64,000 bases of DNA from a virus (IMGVR_UViG_3300030060_007958:15607-79606), one strand, 5' to 3'. Numbered from the stretch's first letter, positions 1-10,608 are shown. Translations and numbers: made by a program. Notes: generated from the letters alone by a model not told the origin.

Positions 1-987
1 AAATTTATGTTTTTTCCGCAAATCTTTGAAACATTTAACCGCTTGGTTGTTGAGGCCAGAATGCTGAATTGTGAATTAGTGACAAATCCATCTAAGCTAG
101 GTTGTGTTTCGGAGGAATGGTTTCATAAATATAAAGGAAAAAATTTAATTAATTTTTTGAGAAACTCTAGGGAAGGTTTTATTAATAAAATTATAGAAAA
201 AAATCAATTCTTTAAAAAAGAAATCCCAAAAGTATCAATAATCACTTCATTATACAGGGGAGAAGATAATATTTCCGGTTTTTTAGAAAATATAACTTCT
301 CAATCTTGTTTTGAAAATTGTGAATTAATAATCATAAATGCAAATTCGCCCGAAAAAGAAGATAATATAATATTGCCATATTTGAAAAAATTTAATAATA
401 TTAAATATGAGAAATTAGAAAAAGACCCCGGAATCTATGCTACTTGGAATTTGGCTATTAAAAAATCTACTGGAAAGTATATAACCAATGCTAACTTGGA
501 TGATAGAAGGATTGATACAAACATACATCTTTTTGCGGATTATCTAGAAAATAATCCAGATATCGATCTCGTTTATGGCGAATGCTTAGTTACAGAAAAA
601 TCCAACGAAACATATGAAAAAAACAGCTCTAGTAATAAAAAATACCCTACATACGAATTTACTAAAGAAAATATGATAAAATGTCTTCCGGGATGCATGC
701 CAGTTTGGAGAAGATCTATGCATGACAAAGCTGGATTATTTAATGAAAATTATAAGTATGCTGGAGATTGGGAGATGTGGTTAAGATCAGTTAGGGCCGA
801 CTCGAAGTTTAAGAAAATTTCTGGAACATATGGTTTATATCACTTTAATCCGGATGGCCTGTCGACGAGCAAGGAAAACGAAAAATCCAAATTTTTAGAA
901 GAAAAAACAATCTTTAATGAATATCGAGATGTAATTGGGGAAAGAAATTATCAAAATTACAAAGGATATTTTAATAGTGGTAAATAA
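1..987 (+). CDS. Glycosyltransferase: GT2 domain preceded by the tail of a GT4-like domain; probably 5'-truncated by the window edge
   Basis: GT2 motifs VSIITSLY, GIYATWNLAIK, ITNANLDD, AGDWEMWLR. The N-terminal ETFNRLVVEA resembles the GT-B EX7E motif. The frame is open from base 1. Confidence 0.8.
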   Translation, partial: KFMFFPQIFETFNRLVVEARMLNCELVTNPSKLGCVSEEWFHKYKGKNLINFLRNSREGFINKIIEKNQFFKKEIPKVSIITSLYRGEDNISGFLENITSQSCFENCELIIINANSPEKEDNIILPYLKKFNNIKYEKLEKDPGIYATWNLAIKKSTGKYITNANLDDRRIDTNIHLFADYLENNPDIDLVYGECLVTEKSNETYEKNSSSNKKYPTYEFTKENMIKCLPGCMPVWRRSMHDKAGLFNENYKYAGDWEMWLRSVRADSKFKKISGTYGLYHFNPDGLSTSKENEKSKFLEEKTIFNEYRDVIGERNYQNYKGYFNSGK

Positions 988-1662
988 ATGAAAAAAGTCA
1001 TTTGCTTTAGTTTGTGGGGAGACAATACTAGGTATACTCACGGTGCATTAGAAAATATAAAACTCGCAAAAGAAGTATATCCGGAATGGATTTGTAGATT
1101 TTATGTCGGCAAAAACACTCCCAAAGAAATTATTAAAAGTATTGATAATAACGAAAATACAGAAATAATTGTAAAAAATAATCCGGAAAATTGGACTGGA
1201 ATGTTCTGGAGGTTTGAGGCGTGTTCTGATCCTCTTGTCGACGTAATGATTAGTAGAGACTGTGATTCTAGATTATGGTACAGGGAGAAGAAAGCTGTTG
1301 ATGATTGGTTATCTGGAGAAAAATTTTTTCATATTATGAGAGATCACCAATATCATGGTGTCCCTATTCTGGGTGGTATGTGGGGCGCAAAAAAAGGAAT
1401 ATTAAATAATATTAGTGATTTAATAGAAAAATATGATAAAGGAAATTATTGGCAAATTGATCAAAAGTTTCTAGCAGAGAAAATATATCCATTAATAAAA
1501 AATAATTGTTGTGTTCATGATGAGTTCTTTGAAAATAAGAAATTTCCTGACAATAATCCAAGAAATCCTAGACATTTTGTGGGTCAGGCTTATTCTGGTG
1601 ATGGAACTATTTTAGATTATCCAGAAAATTTTCAAGCGTATAGAGAGAAATATGAAATATAG
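988..1662 (+). CDS. Putative GT-A-like glycosyltransferase / conserved hypothetical protein
   Basis: FSLWG, GMFWRF, SRDCDSR (DxD), HIMRDH and ILGGMWG motifs; lies in the sugar cluster. Confidence 0.55.
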   Translation: MKKVICFSLWGDNTRYTHGALENIKLAKEVYPEWICRFYVGKNTPKEIIKSIDNNENTEIIVKNNPENWTGMFWRFEACSDPLVDVMISRDCDSRLWYREKKAVDDWLSGEKFFHIMRDHQYHGVPILGGMWGAKKGILNNISDLIEKYDKGNYWQIDQKFLAEKIYPLIKNNCCVHDEFFENKKFPDNNPRNPRHFVGQAYSGDGTILDYPENFQAYREKYEI

Positions 1663-2518
1663 AGTTCAAGCAAATGTGATGGTAAAAAACGAAGAATTTC
1701 TTTTAAAAAATATTTTACCTTTATGGGAAAAATATCCTATTGATGAATTTGTATTTTATAATGATAATTCTACAGATAATACAGCAGAGGTAATAAAAAA
1801 ATATCTTGGAAAAAGAGCTACTATACTTGAGAATAAGCAGCAAAAAGTATTCAATGAATCTCATAATAGATCAATGATGCTTGAATATAGTAGAGAAAAT
1901 AAAGCAGACTTTGTTATTAGTATTGATTCAGACGAGCTTATTTCTACAAATTTTGTACATAACTTCGAAAAAGTATTAGAAATGAATAAAAAATATGATT
2001 TACAATATTATTGGTATAATGTAGTGAATGGAACATTATCTCAATATCGCCAAGATCCTATGTATAAAAATAATTACCGAACATTTGTTTTGCCTATCAA
2101 ATCTACGGGAAAATTTGATATGTCTCAATGGAAGTATCATACGCCTAGAACCCCTCCTGTGTTTCTTCCTAAAACGGCTGTAAGGGAAGTCGGGTTTATA
2201 CACCTTCAATCTTTGAATGTAAAATCATATGCCTTAAAGCAGTTGTGGTATAAGCATTACGAATATATCAACTATAACCATTCAGTAGAATATATCAACA
2301 ATAGATATGATCCGGTTGTAAATGGCTTATGTTTTGAAGAGGAAAAAACCCCTGCTAATATTATTCATGGAATTAATTTTTCTGAAGATATTAATATATG
2401 TTTCGATCAAATTTCTCACAACAAAGGGCATAGAGAATATATTCTAGAAAATTATGTAAAGGAATTGGTTACGTTCGGAGAAAAATTTCTAGCAGACACA
2501 GGAGAAGATAATGTTTAA
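1652..2518 (+). CDS. Glycosyltransferase family 2-like
   Basis: VMVKNEE, YNDNSTDNT, SIDSDE (DxD) motifs. Confidence 0.75.
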   Translation: MKYRVQANVMVKNEEFLLKNILPLWEKYPIDEFVFYNDNSTDNTAEVIKKYLGKRATILENKQQKVFNESHNRSMMLEYSRENKADFVISIDSDELISTNFVHNFEKVLEMNKKYDLQYYWYNVVNGTLSQYRQDPMYKNNYRTFVLPIKSTGKFDMSQWKYHTPRTPPVFLPKTAVREVGFIHLQSLNVKSYALKQLWYKHYEYINYNHSVEYINNRYDPVVNGLCFEEEKTPANIIHGINFSEDINICFDQISHNKGHREYILENYVKELVTFGEKFLADTGEDNV

Positions 2519-3131
2519 GGTAAAAAACATTTTAGCTTTATCTCCACATACTGATGACATTGAATTGGGCTGCGGTGGAACTCTATCAAAATTATCAGAA
2601 GAAGGATCCAATATATTTGTAGTAAATTTTTCAAGATCCAAAAATCACGAAACAGACAAGGGTGAACAGGTTGCTTATGAATTTAAAAAATCTATGAAAA
2701 TGCTGGGTGCAACTTATGAAATGCTAGATATGCCAACCAGAAATCTTATGAGCCACAGACAAGAAATATTAGATTATTTATATAAATTAGGGCAAAAAAT
2801 TAATTTTGATGTAGTATTTTGTCACTCTTCTTTTGACACCCACCAAGATCATCAGGCAGTACAACAAGAGGCTTTCAGGGCTTTTAAGAACAAAACAATA
2901 CTGGGATATGAATTGCCTTGGAATTGTATGCAATTCAGCACTGACTTTTTTATTAAGTTGGATGAGAAACATATTTCTAAAAAAATTAAAATGCTGGATT
3001 GTTATGAGTCTCAAGGACATAGGCCATTTTTGGGAAAACAATATGTAAGAGATATAGCTCGAACGAGAGGATTACAAATTAAAGAAAAATATGCCGAATG
3101 TTTTGAGTTTATCAGAGGAGTTTCATTATGA
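2511..3131 (+). CDS. PIG-L/LmbE family N-acetylsugar deacetylase
   Basis: PHTDDIELGCGG and HQDH metal-binding motifs; strong SD (aggag). Confidence 0.9.
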   Translation: MFKVKNILALSPHTDDIELGCGGTLSKLSEEGSNIFVVNFSRSKNHETDKGEQVAYEFKKSMKMLGATYEMLDMPTRNLMSHRQEILDYLYKLGQKINFDVVFCHSSFDTHQDHQAVQQEAFRAFKNKTILGYELPWNCMQFSTDFFIKLDEKHISKKIKMLDCYESQGHRPFLGKQYVRDIARTRGLQIKEKYAECFEFIRGVSL

Positions 3132-3141
3132 TGGGTGTAAA

Positions 3142-3714
3142 ATGATTATCTCGATACATCAACCAAATTTTATACCGTGGATTCCTTATTTTGATAAGAT
3201 AAGAAAAGCAGATATATTTGTTATATTAAAAAATTGCCAGTTTGAAAAAAATGGATATCAAAACAGATTTATGATAAATAATAAATGGAAAACAATGAGC
3301 GTTAGAAAAAAGACGCAAAAAATATGTGAGAAAAATTACATTAATTATATGAAAGATTGGGAAAATATAAAAAAATCCACACCAGAATATGTGGATCAGT
3401 TGAAATTATTTGATGATATTATAAGCGAAGATTTATCAGAAACTAATACGAATATTATAAAGATAATTTGTGAAAAATTAAATATTAAAACCGAAATTAC
3501 ATATGATTTTGAGACAGATCTCGTTGGTACGGATAGGTTAGTTGATATTTGTAGGTACCATGGTGCAAAAAAATATATATCTGGAGTTAGTGGAAAAAAA
3601 TATCTTGATTTAGAATTATTCCATAGCAATAATATAGAAGTAGAATTTCAAGATATTTCTGATTTAAACAAAGGCAGTATTTTGAAAATTTTAAAAGGAG
3701 AAATTTATGTTTGA
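3142..3714 (+). CDS. WbqC-like family protein
   Basis: N-terminal SIHQPNFIPWIPYFDKI..AD.FVIL, YQNR, YISGVSGKKY; start moved from 3091 to the ATG at 3142. Confidence 0.85.
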   Translation: MIISIHQPNFIPWIPYFDKIRKADIFVILKNCQFEKNGYQNRFMINNKWKTMSVRKKTQKICEKNYINYMKDWENIKKSTPEYVDQLKLFDDIISEDLSETNTNIIKIICEKLNIKTEITYDFETDLVGTDRLVDICRYHGAKKYISGVSGKKYLDLELFHSNNIEVEFQDISDLNKGSILKILKGEIYV

Positions 3715-4513
3715 TAAAGTGATTGTAAGTACAAATGAAGATCCGCGCTTCATTGAGTTTTTACCCATCGTATCCGCCGCATGGAAAAAATTCTTTCCAG
3801 AATGTGATTTACATGTCGCATATGTTACAGATCGGAATGAAGACGACCCACTTATTGAAAAAATGAATCTTTATGCTAATGTGCATTTATTTTCCCCAAT
3901 TGAAGGTATTCCTACTCCAAATCATGCTAAAGTGGCTAGGCATATTCTTGCATCACAATTTGGAGATTCTGTATGTATGTTAGAAGATATTGATACAATA
4001 CCCCTCCAGCGCGAATATTATGAAGAGAGAACTAGTCATAGAAAAAAGAATACTGTTTTAGCAGTTGGTGCAGAAGTCTTGAGAGGTACGCCTCATGAAG
4101 GAAAATTTCCTATGAGCACTATCACAGCAGAAGGACACGTATTTTCTAATTTATTAAATCCTCTAAATTTATCAACTGAAGAATTAATCAAGAGCTGGAA
4201 AGATCTTGAAATTTTTGATCACAAGGAAGCTATCAATAATCCTCCAAATATTTTTTCCGATGAGTCCTTAATTAGGGCACTTATATATAAGTCTAAAGAT
4301 ATTGGCGTTACTCATGTGGATAGAGCGGTAGATATTAAAAAAGACTGGATTGACAGGTCTTGGTGGTTTGTAAATACAGAAAGGCTTTTTTCCGGAGAAT
4401 ATATAGCTTGTAATTTTTTAAGACCATTTCACATATATTATGATAACATTGTCGACATCATTGAATATATTTATGGAGAAAAGCTAGAAAAGAATCAGGT
4501 AGTTTTGAGATGA
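3707..4513 (+). CDS. Hypothetical protein, possible glycosyltransferase
   Basis: EDIDTIP DxD-like motif and FSDE; cluster context; SD aaggag. Confidence 0.45.
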   Translation: MFDKVIVSTNEDPRFIEFLPIVSAAWKKFFPECDLHVAYVTDRNEDDPLIEKMNLYANVHLFSPIEGIPTPNHAKVARHILASQFGDSVCMLEDIDTIPLQREYYEERTSHRKKNTVLAVGAEVLRGTPHEGKFPMSTITAEGHVFSNLLNPLNLSTEELIKSWKDLEIFDHKEAINNPPNIFSDESLIRALIYKSKDIGVTHVDRAVDIKKDWIDRSWWFVNTERLFSGEYIACNFLRPFHIYYDNIVDIIEYIYGEKLEKNQVVLR

Positions 4514-5436
4514 GAATTTTAATTACCGGAGGCACAGGAATGGTTGGTTCTGCTTTTAATAATTTAAAAACAGAACACGAGTTGATACCAGTAGGCTCGT
4601 CAAAATATGATTTGGTTTCTTGGTATGACACTATGTGTATGATCGAGAATATAAAACCAGATGCAATTATACATCTAGCTGCAAAGGTTGGTGGAATTAG
4701 AGCAAATTTAGAAAATCAGGGAGATTTTTATACAATAAATACCATGATTAATACAAATGTGTTAAGAGCAGCAAAAAACTATAATGTTAAAAAAGTAGTT
4801 TCTCTTTTGAGTACATGCATATATCCAGATTTAGTAACATATCCCCTTACGGAAGATCAAATACATAGTGGCCCACCGCATAATTCTAATTTTGCATATG
4901 CATATGCCAAAAGAATGCTTGATATACAATCTAGAGCTTATAGGGATCAATACGGTTGTAATTTTATAACAGCTGTACCAAATAATTTGTTTGGAAAAAA
5001 TGATAATTTTGATTTGCAAAACTCACATGTAATTCCGGCAATAATTAGAAAAGTTCATGAAGCAAAATTAGAAGAAAAAGATATAATATTGTGGGGAGAT
5101 GGCAAGTCTATTAGGGAATTTACATATTCACAAGATTTAGCTAAAATACTTTTATTTTTATTAGAAAAGTATGACGAACCATATCCAATAAATATTGGAA
5201 ATAACGTTCAAATTTCAATAAAAAGTTTGGCCGAAATGATAGCGGATATTATGGACTTTGAGGGAAAAATAATCTGGGACACTTCTAAACCAAAGGGTCA
5301 ATATAAAAAGCCATCTGATAATTCTAAATTGTTGGAACTTGGATGGGAAAAAAATAAATATACAAATTTGAGAAAAGCGTTGACAGATACATGCAAATGG
5401 TTTATAATTAATTATCCAAAAGTAAGGGGAGTATAA
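4510..5436 (+). CDS. fcl: GDP-L-fucose synthase
   Basis: GGTGMVG Rossmann motif, [21 protein letters not shown] (YxxxK), SHVIPA, WGDG..IREF. Confidence 0.93.
   Translation: MRILITGGTGMVGSAFNNLKTEHELIPVGSSKYDLVSWYDTMCMIENIKPDAIIHLAAKVGGIRANLENQGDFYTINTMINTNVLRAAKNYNVKKVVSLLSTCIYPDLVTYPLTEDQIHSGPPHNSNFAYAYAKRMLDIQSRAYRDQYGCNFITAVPNNLFGKNDNFDLQNSHVIPAIIRKVHEAKLEEKDIILWGDGKSIREFTYSQDLAKILLFLLEKYDEPYPINIGNNVQISIKSLAEMIADIMDFEGKIIWDTSKPKGQYKKPSDNSKLLELGWEKNKYTNLRKALTDTCKWFIINYPKVRGV
5380..5408 (+). promoter_or_regulatory. Sigma70-type promoter inside the 3' end of fcl, upstream of gmd
   Basis: TTGACA (5380-5385), 17 bp spacer, TATAAT (5403-5408). Confidence 0.7.
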
Positions 5437-6398
5437 TGAAAACCGCGTTCATAACAGGTGTAACAGGACAAGACGGGTCTTATTTGGCTGAATTTTTATT
5501 AGAAAAAGGATACAGAGTAGTTGGAATGAAAAGAAGAACATCCTTAATTAATACTGATAGAATAGATCATATTATTGATAATAAAAATTTTCACTTAGTT
5601 TATGGCAACTTAATTGATGTTGGAAACATATATAGGATATTGATGAAATTTAAACCTGATGAAATTTATAATCTAGGTGCCCAATCTCACGTAAGGGTTT
5701 CTTTTGATACACCAGAGGAGACGGCAGAAGTTGTGGCCATGGGTACTTTGCGTATTTTAGAAGCAATGAGAAATATTTGCCCAAATGCCAGATTCTATCA
5801 GGCTTCTTCTTCGGAGATGTTTGGAGATAATCCACAATACCCACAGAGTGAAACAACTAGACTTATGCCAGCTTCTCCTTATGCCTGTGCCAAGGTATTC
5901 TCTCATAATTTAGTTAGAAATTATAGGGAAAGTTACGGTTTGCATACATCTTCAGGGATTCTATTTAATCACGAGTCTCCTCGTCGTGGAGAAACATTTG
6001 TAACTAGAAAAATAACTATGGCCGCTGCAAAAATTAAAAAAGGCTTACAAGATAAATTATATTTAGGAAATTTAGATGCAAAAAGAGATTGGGGCCATGC
6101 CAAAGAATATGTTGGTGTTATGTGGCTAATGTTACAGCAAGATACACCAGATGATTATGTTATTTCTACAGGAAAAACTTATAGTGTAAGAGATTTTTTA
6201 AATATTGTTTTTGAACATGCCGAATTAGATGTCGACAAATACGTTGAGATTGATGAAAGGCTTTATAGGCCACACGAAGTACCAATATTGCTGGGAGATA
6301 GTAGAAAAGCAAAAGATAAATTAGGGTGGCAAAGTAAAGTATCTTTAAAAGAACTCGCAATAGAAATGTACGAAGAAGATTTAAAAAAAATAAAATAA
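5436..6398 (+). CDS. gmd: GDP-mannose 4,6-dehydratase
   Basis: [68 protein letters not shown]. Confidence 0.97.
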   Translation: MKTAFITGVTGQDGSYLAEFLLEKGYRVVGMKRRTSLINTDRIDHIIDNKNFHLVYGNLIDVGNIYRILMKFKPDEIYNLGAQSHVRVSFDTPEETAEVVAMGTLRILEAMRNICPNARFYQASSSEMFGDNPQYPQSETTRLMPASPYACAKVFSHNLVRNYRESYGLHTSSGILFNHESPRRGETFVTRKITMAAAKIKKGLQDKLYLGNLDAKRDWGHAKEYVGVMWLMLQQDTPDDYVISTGKTYSVRDFLNIVFEHAELDVDKYVEIDERLYRPHEVPILLGDSRKAKDKLGWQSKVSLKELAIEMYEEDLKKIK

Positions 6399-6411
6399 TC
6401 AAGTTTTTTCC

Positions 6412-6440
6412 TTGACAATTAGCAAATTGCTTGTTATAAT
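6412..6440 (+). promoter_or_regulatory. Consensus sigma70 (early/middle) promoter with extended -10
   Basis: TTGACA (6412-6417), 17 bp spacer, TGn-TATAAT (6435-6440); intergenic, followed by SD aaggag. Confidence 0.85.
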
Positions 6441-6473
6441 ATAAGTACATTTAATCAAAAGGAGATTAATTAA

Positions 6474-6686
6474 ATGCAATTATCAAATCAAGCAATTGGG
6501 GCTGTTATGATGGCTCTGCAAAAAGGGTTGTATCTAGCGGAATTGGGAAAATCCAAAGAAGAGTGCGATATTACAAGTATGATTAAAGAGTTTGTATTTT
6601 CAGAAACACCAGCTGGCCTAGTGGTCGACAATCCGCCTATTCTAGAATTGGAAGAGGAAGAGGGTCAATTGGATGCCGAAGTATAA
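6474..6686 (+). CDS. Hypothetical protein
   Basis: Strong SD; first gene after the promoter. Confidence 0.7.
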   Translation: MQLSNQAIGAVMMALQKGLYLAELGKSKEECDITSMIKEFVFSETPAGLVVDNPPILELEEEEGQLDAEV

Positions 6687-6930
6687 TTATTATTGTGATG
6701 AGTGCGATATATACTTCGAAATTGAACATTCAATGACTTCGGTAGTAGAAGAATGTATCGCTTGTGAGTCGCCTTCTTTTGTTAGGGTTCCTTCTATTCC
6801 AATATATATACAAAATAACAAGACACCTAGTGAGAAAAAAACTGGAGATATTGTTAAGGAATATATAGAAAAGAATAAAAAGTCGGTACGCGAAGAAAAG
6901 AAAAGGCTAAAAAATAAAACTCACGAATAG
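6673..6930 (+). CDS. FmdB-family zinc ribbon protein
   Basis: MPxYxYxCxxC ... CxxCxS signature. Confidence 0.8.
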   Translation: MPKYNYYCDECDIYFEIEHSMTSVVEECIACESPSFVRVPSIPIYIQNNKTPSEKKTGDIVKEYIEKNKKSVREEKKRLKNKTHE

Positions 6931-6941
6931 GATAAATTTTT

Positions 6942-7241
6942 ATGTTGATTAATATTATTTTTTTGCTATTATTGATTGTTTCTTTCTCAATTAATATCGG
7001 TCTTGTTTGGTTTGCATGGAAAAGTGTAAAACAAATTTCAGCTTATGACGAAGAATTGGTGAGTCTTATAGATATAATTAAAGACTTCACCAAACATTTA
7101 AATTCGGTACATGAGTTGGAAATGTATTATGGTGATGAAACTTTAAGGCACCTGATGCGTCATGCTAGTGAAATTATTAATATTTTTGATACATACGACC
7201 TTTTACTGAAAGAAGAAGAGTATGCCGAAGAAAACGACTAG
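6942..7241 (+). CDS. Hypothetical membrane-anchored protein
   Basis: Hydrophobic N-terminal helix followed by a soluble helical region. Confidence 0.6.
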   Translation: MLINIIFLLLLIVSFSINIGLVWFAWKSVKQISAYDEELVSLIDIIKDFTKHLNSVHELEMYYGDETLRHLMRHASEIINIFDTYDLLLKEEEYAEEND

Positions 7242-7935
7242 AAGAAGAATAAGAAGAAGTAAAAATTCTAAAAAATATTTCACTCAAGTACATGAAGATG
7301 CGATTATTGAATATAATAATCCAGACACAACACATAGAAGAAAAGAAGAACTTTATGTGACTTTGCTTAGACCAACTTTCGACCAAATGGTCGACAAAAT
7401 AGTTTTTACTTACAAATTTACAAATTTGCCAAACATTGATATGCTTCGACAGGAGTGTAAAATATGGCTGATAACAGTTTTGGATAAATTCAAGCCAGAA
7501 AAGGGCTCAAAAGCATTCTCTTACTTTTCAGTAATTACTAAAAATTGGTTTATTCAAAAAGTAAAAAAGAATAAAAAAGCAAATCAAAGAGAAATTGAGA
7601 TTGGAGAAATTCCAAAAGAATTAGAATTGAAACATATTTCTGTGTTTAATGACTATGATGAAGAGCGAGAGAAAGATGAGTTCTGGAATTTTCTGTGGCA
7701 AGAAATTCAAACTTGGGACACCGATAAGTTAAAAGATAATGAGAAAAAAGTTCTTGAAGCAATAAAAATTTTATTAGAATCTCCGAATGATATAGAAATT
7801 TTTAATAAAAAAGCTATTTATTTGTACATGAGAGAAATTACCGGTCTCAATACCAAACAGATTGTTAATTCTCTCAACAAAATGAGAAAAAGATATAGGC
7901 TTTTTAAAGTCAAGTGGGATCGGGGAGATCTATAA
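7222..7935 (+). CDS. Phage sigma factor, T4 gp55-like (late transcription)
   Basis: Region-2-like LDKFKPEKGSKAFSYFSVITKNWFIQ resembles the gp55 FDPEK..NPFAYFTQI motif; possible C-terminal HTH (REITGLNTKQI). Confidence 0.7.
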   Translation: MPKKTTRRRIRRSKNSKKYFTQVHEDAIIEYNNPDTTHRRKEELYVTLLRPTFDQMVDKIVFTYKFTNLPNIDMLRQECKIWLITVLDKFKPEKGSKAFSYFSVITKNWFIQKVKKNKKANQREIEIGEIPKELELKHISVFNDYDEEREKDEFWNFLWQEIQTWDTDKLKDNEKKVLEAIKILLESPNDIEIFNKKAIYLYMREITGLNTKQIVNSLNKMRKRYRLFKVKWDRGDL

Positions 7936-8235
7936 GTGGAAAAGAAAGTCGACCAAATATTAAAAGAGGCCATAGATAACATAAGAAGTGATAGAGATGT
8001 GACAAAAAGACTTCTAGATGATGTATTGGTATACCTTAGTAAGAGCGAAGAGCGACACCGAGAGGTGGGAATCACCGCCGCAAAGTATGTAGAAACCCTG
8101 CAGAGATCAAATGAACAGTTAGTTAAAATTTCAACTTTGTTGAAGAGGACGGAAAAGAAAGAGGCCGGACTTTCTGCTGATGATAAAAGAGATATCTTCG
8201 ATCTACTACAGGGAGAAAGCATGAGCGATGGCTGA
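7936..8235 (+). CDS. Hypothetical helical protein (GTG start)
   Basis: SD ggggag; abuts the sigma gene; coiled-coil character. Confidence 0.6.
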   Translation: MEKKVDQILKEAIDNIRSDRDVTKRLLDDVLVYLSKSEERHREVGITAAKYVETLQRSNEQLVKISTLLKRTEKKEAGLSADDKRDIFDLLQGESMSDG

Positions 8236-9646
8236 TACTAAAGATAAAGTAATAAGAGAGATTGAACAAAGAGAAAAACCGGGCCAGTTTAATGACACGT
8301 CTAGGAAGCTGGGTGCAGTTCCTGAAAATGCCTCTTATGATGTATCTCCACTTGAAGAATATAAATCCCTATCAGATAGAGCAGTTATAGATTCCAAGGT
8401 TCAGAGAAGCACCGAAAGAGAATCCATGGTCGTTTCTGCTAAGAAGCCCATAAATTTTTATGAGGCTTTTAAATTATCTCAATTAACTGGAGATTCAATA
8501 AAGGACGTACAAGCTGCAAATGTAAATGTAATTACTAGATGTGCCGATGGGCCAGAGAGGATGACCCTAAGTCCTTTCTATTATGAGAACAATTCACAAG
8601 AAAAAAACGTTTTACTTCATATTCATCCAAGAGAATCTAAGCCTAGTTCTGGAGGCTGGTTTGGTCTTGGTTCAACACTTAAAGCTGGCGACGTAGTTAA
8701 TCAGACTTATTTAAATACGGAAAAGAAAGATTTAAATATTACAAAAACAGTAAAATCTACTGCCAATACAGACATGGAAAATCAAAAAATTCCTCAACCA
8801 ACTGGAGGATCTTTGGAGGCTTTCTCTTCTGGCGATACTTATTTACCGGGCCTTGTATGGTCAGAATCAACAACAAGTAAAATGCCAGTCGCCAGTGAAA
8901 TTCCAGACGATGTTGCAGAATATAAAAACAAAGAAAATTCGTGGAAACCAAAAATTTCACCATTAGCAGTTGGTACAAAATCATACAAAAAAATATCAGT
9001 AGGCAGTAAGTATGGTTGGCGACCAAACCCGAACGGCGGTGGTAAAAGAAAGTGGCATGGCGGTATAGACATGTGGGTAACTAGTATGGGCCCTATCACA
9101 GCAATTGCAGACGGCACAATTTCTTCGGTTATAACTCCAGAATCTGATATAGAGAAAAGAAAAAAAGGAGATCCCGTAGGTCTTGGGTCAAGAGGCGGCG
9201 CACTAGTAGTGATAAAACATAAAGCTAATCCAGATGATAAAGAAACTGCTGCACAATCTTCCTATTGTCATATGGTAAAAATAGCAAGTGGCATAAAAAG
9301 GGGATCAAAGGTCAAGGCAGGTCAAATAATTGGATATGTTGGCGGAGGCGTATATGGATATACCGAGCCACACCCAAAAGACGGCGGCAAAAAATGGTAC
9401 TGCGGCTGGCCCGGAGGTGGAAATACTACCGGACCACACCTTCATTTTGGATTAAAAATAAATATAAATGGCGAGCTTAAGCCCGTCGACCCCCTAGCAT
9501 TCGATTATCCAGAATCTTTCATTTTATCTGACGAACAATATAAGAAAGAGCTTAAAAATATAAAAAAATATGTTGATTCTGTCAAAGAAGAGTTAGTCAA
9601 GCTCCACTTGCAAGGCTCCGGCGCAACCAAATTGAAGACGAAATAA
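8228..9646 (+). CDS. Baseplate-region protein with C-terminal M23 peptidase
   Basis: HGGID (HxxxD), AIADG, YCHM, VKAGQIIGYVG, TGPHLHF (HxH), VDP. Confidence 0.85.
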   Translation: MADTKDKVIREIEQREKPGQFNDTSRKLGAVPENASYDVSPLEEYKSLSDRAVIDSKVQRSTERESMVVSAKKPINFYEAFKLSQLTGDSIKDVQAANVNVITRCADGPERMTLSPFYYENNSQEKNVLLHIHPRESKPSSGGWFGLGSTLKAGDVVNQTYLNTEKKDLNITKTVKSTANTDMENQKIPQPTGGSLEAFSSGDTYLPGLVWSESTTSKMPVASEIPDDVAEYKNKENSWKPKISPLAVGTKSYKKISVGSKYGWRPNPNGGGKRKWHGGIDMWVTSMGPITAIADGTISSVITPESDIEKRKKGDPVGLGSRGGALVVIKHKANPDDKETAAQSSYCHMVKIASGIKRGSKVKAGQIIGYVGGGVYGYTEPHPKDGGKKWYCGWPGGGNTTGPHLHFGLKININGELKPVDPLAFDYPESFILSDEQYKKELKNIKKYVDSVKEELVKLHLQGSGATKLKTK

Positions 9647-9657
9647 GGAACAATATA

Positions 9658-10608
9658 ATGCAAAAATTATTACCAAGCATATACAACTCTCCATACTCTA
9701 GACAGGATCCTCTGGATTTTATGAATGAGTATCAGCTTGCACTATTAGATATAAATATTTCTGACAACAAAGAGTCATTTGGCAAGGGATATAATGGCTC
9801 TCATGCAACTACATCTTATCCCAAATTCAACGCACCAGAAAATGCTAATATTATACAAAATACAAATTCTTATGTTGTGATGGGACCAGATGCCCCAGAA
9901 GGCCCCGGCACAGGAAAGAGTGCAAATGGATCTAGATGTTCCTCGATTGATATGGTTACTGGTAGATTATCTTCTGTGTCTTCTGCAGCAAAAAACAATA
10001 ATATTTGGGTTAATAGCAATTTTAAATCCGACGCGGCAAGAATATATGTTAGTGAATTCACAGACTTGGATAAAGCGGCAGATCTTCCAGTAGCAAGCAA
10101 TCAACCATTTGAAAATAGATCGGGCATCATTGCAATTGCAGATAATGTTGCTTTAAAGGGTCGTCTTGGTGTAAAAATAACGACATCTCCACATGGAGAC
10201 CACAATTCCAAAGGTGGTCAAATTTCATCTGGATCTGGAATTGAATTAATAGCCAACTCGGATGACACCGACGTACAACCTATAGTGAAGGGAGACAATT
10301 TAATAAGTGCTCTAAATTCTATTTATGACCGAATGAATGAATTGGCAGATGCAATCGCAGACTTATCGTCCGAACAAACAAAATTAATGACTGCATTGGC
10401 AACCCACACTCATGTTGGAAATTTGGGAGCACCAACAACCCCGTCAATTGATTTGCTTCCGACAATTATACCTTCTACAATTAAGGTTGTCACTGTTGGG
10501 TCTATAAACACTTTAAAAAATAAACTAAACACTCTGATGGATGAGATTAATTACACCTATTCTCTAGGATCAGAATATGTTAATAGTGACTTTAATAGGA
10601 CAAACTAA
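9658..10608 (+). CDS. Baseplate central spike, gp5-C-like
   Basis: DAARIY beta-rich region, QPIVKGDNL, apex HTH motif (ATHTHVG) typical of metal-binding spike tips. Confidence 0.6.
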   Translation: MQKLLPSIYNSPYSRQDPLDFMNEYQLALLDINISDNKESFGKGYNGSHATTSYPKFNAPENANIIQNTNSYVVMGPDAPEGPGTGKSANGSRCSSIDMVTGRLSSVSSAAKNNNIWVNSNFKSDAARIYVSEFTDLDKAADLPVASNQPFENRSGIIAIADNVALKGRLGVKITTSPHGDHNSKGGQISSGSGIELIANSDDTDVQPIVKGDNLISALNSIYDRMNELADAIADLSSEQTKLMTALATHTHVGNLGAPTTPSIDLLPTIIPSTIKVVTVGSINTLKNKLNTLMDEINYTYSLGSEYVNSDFNRTN

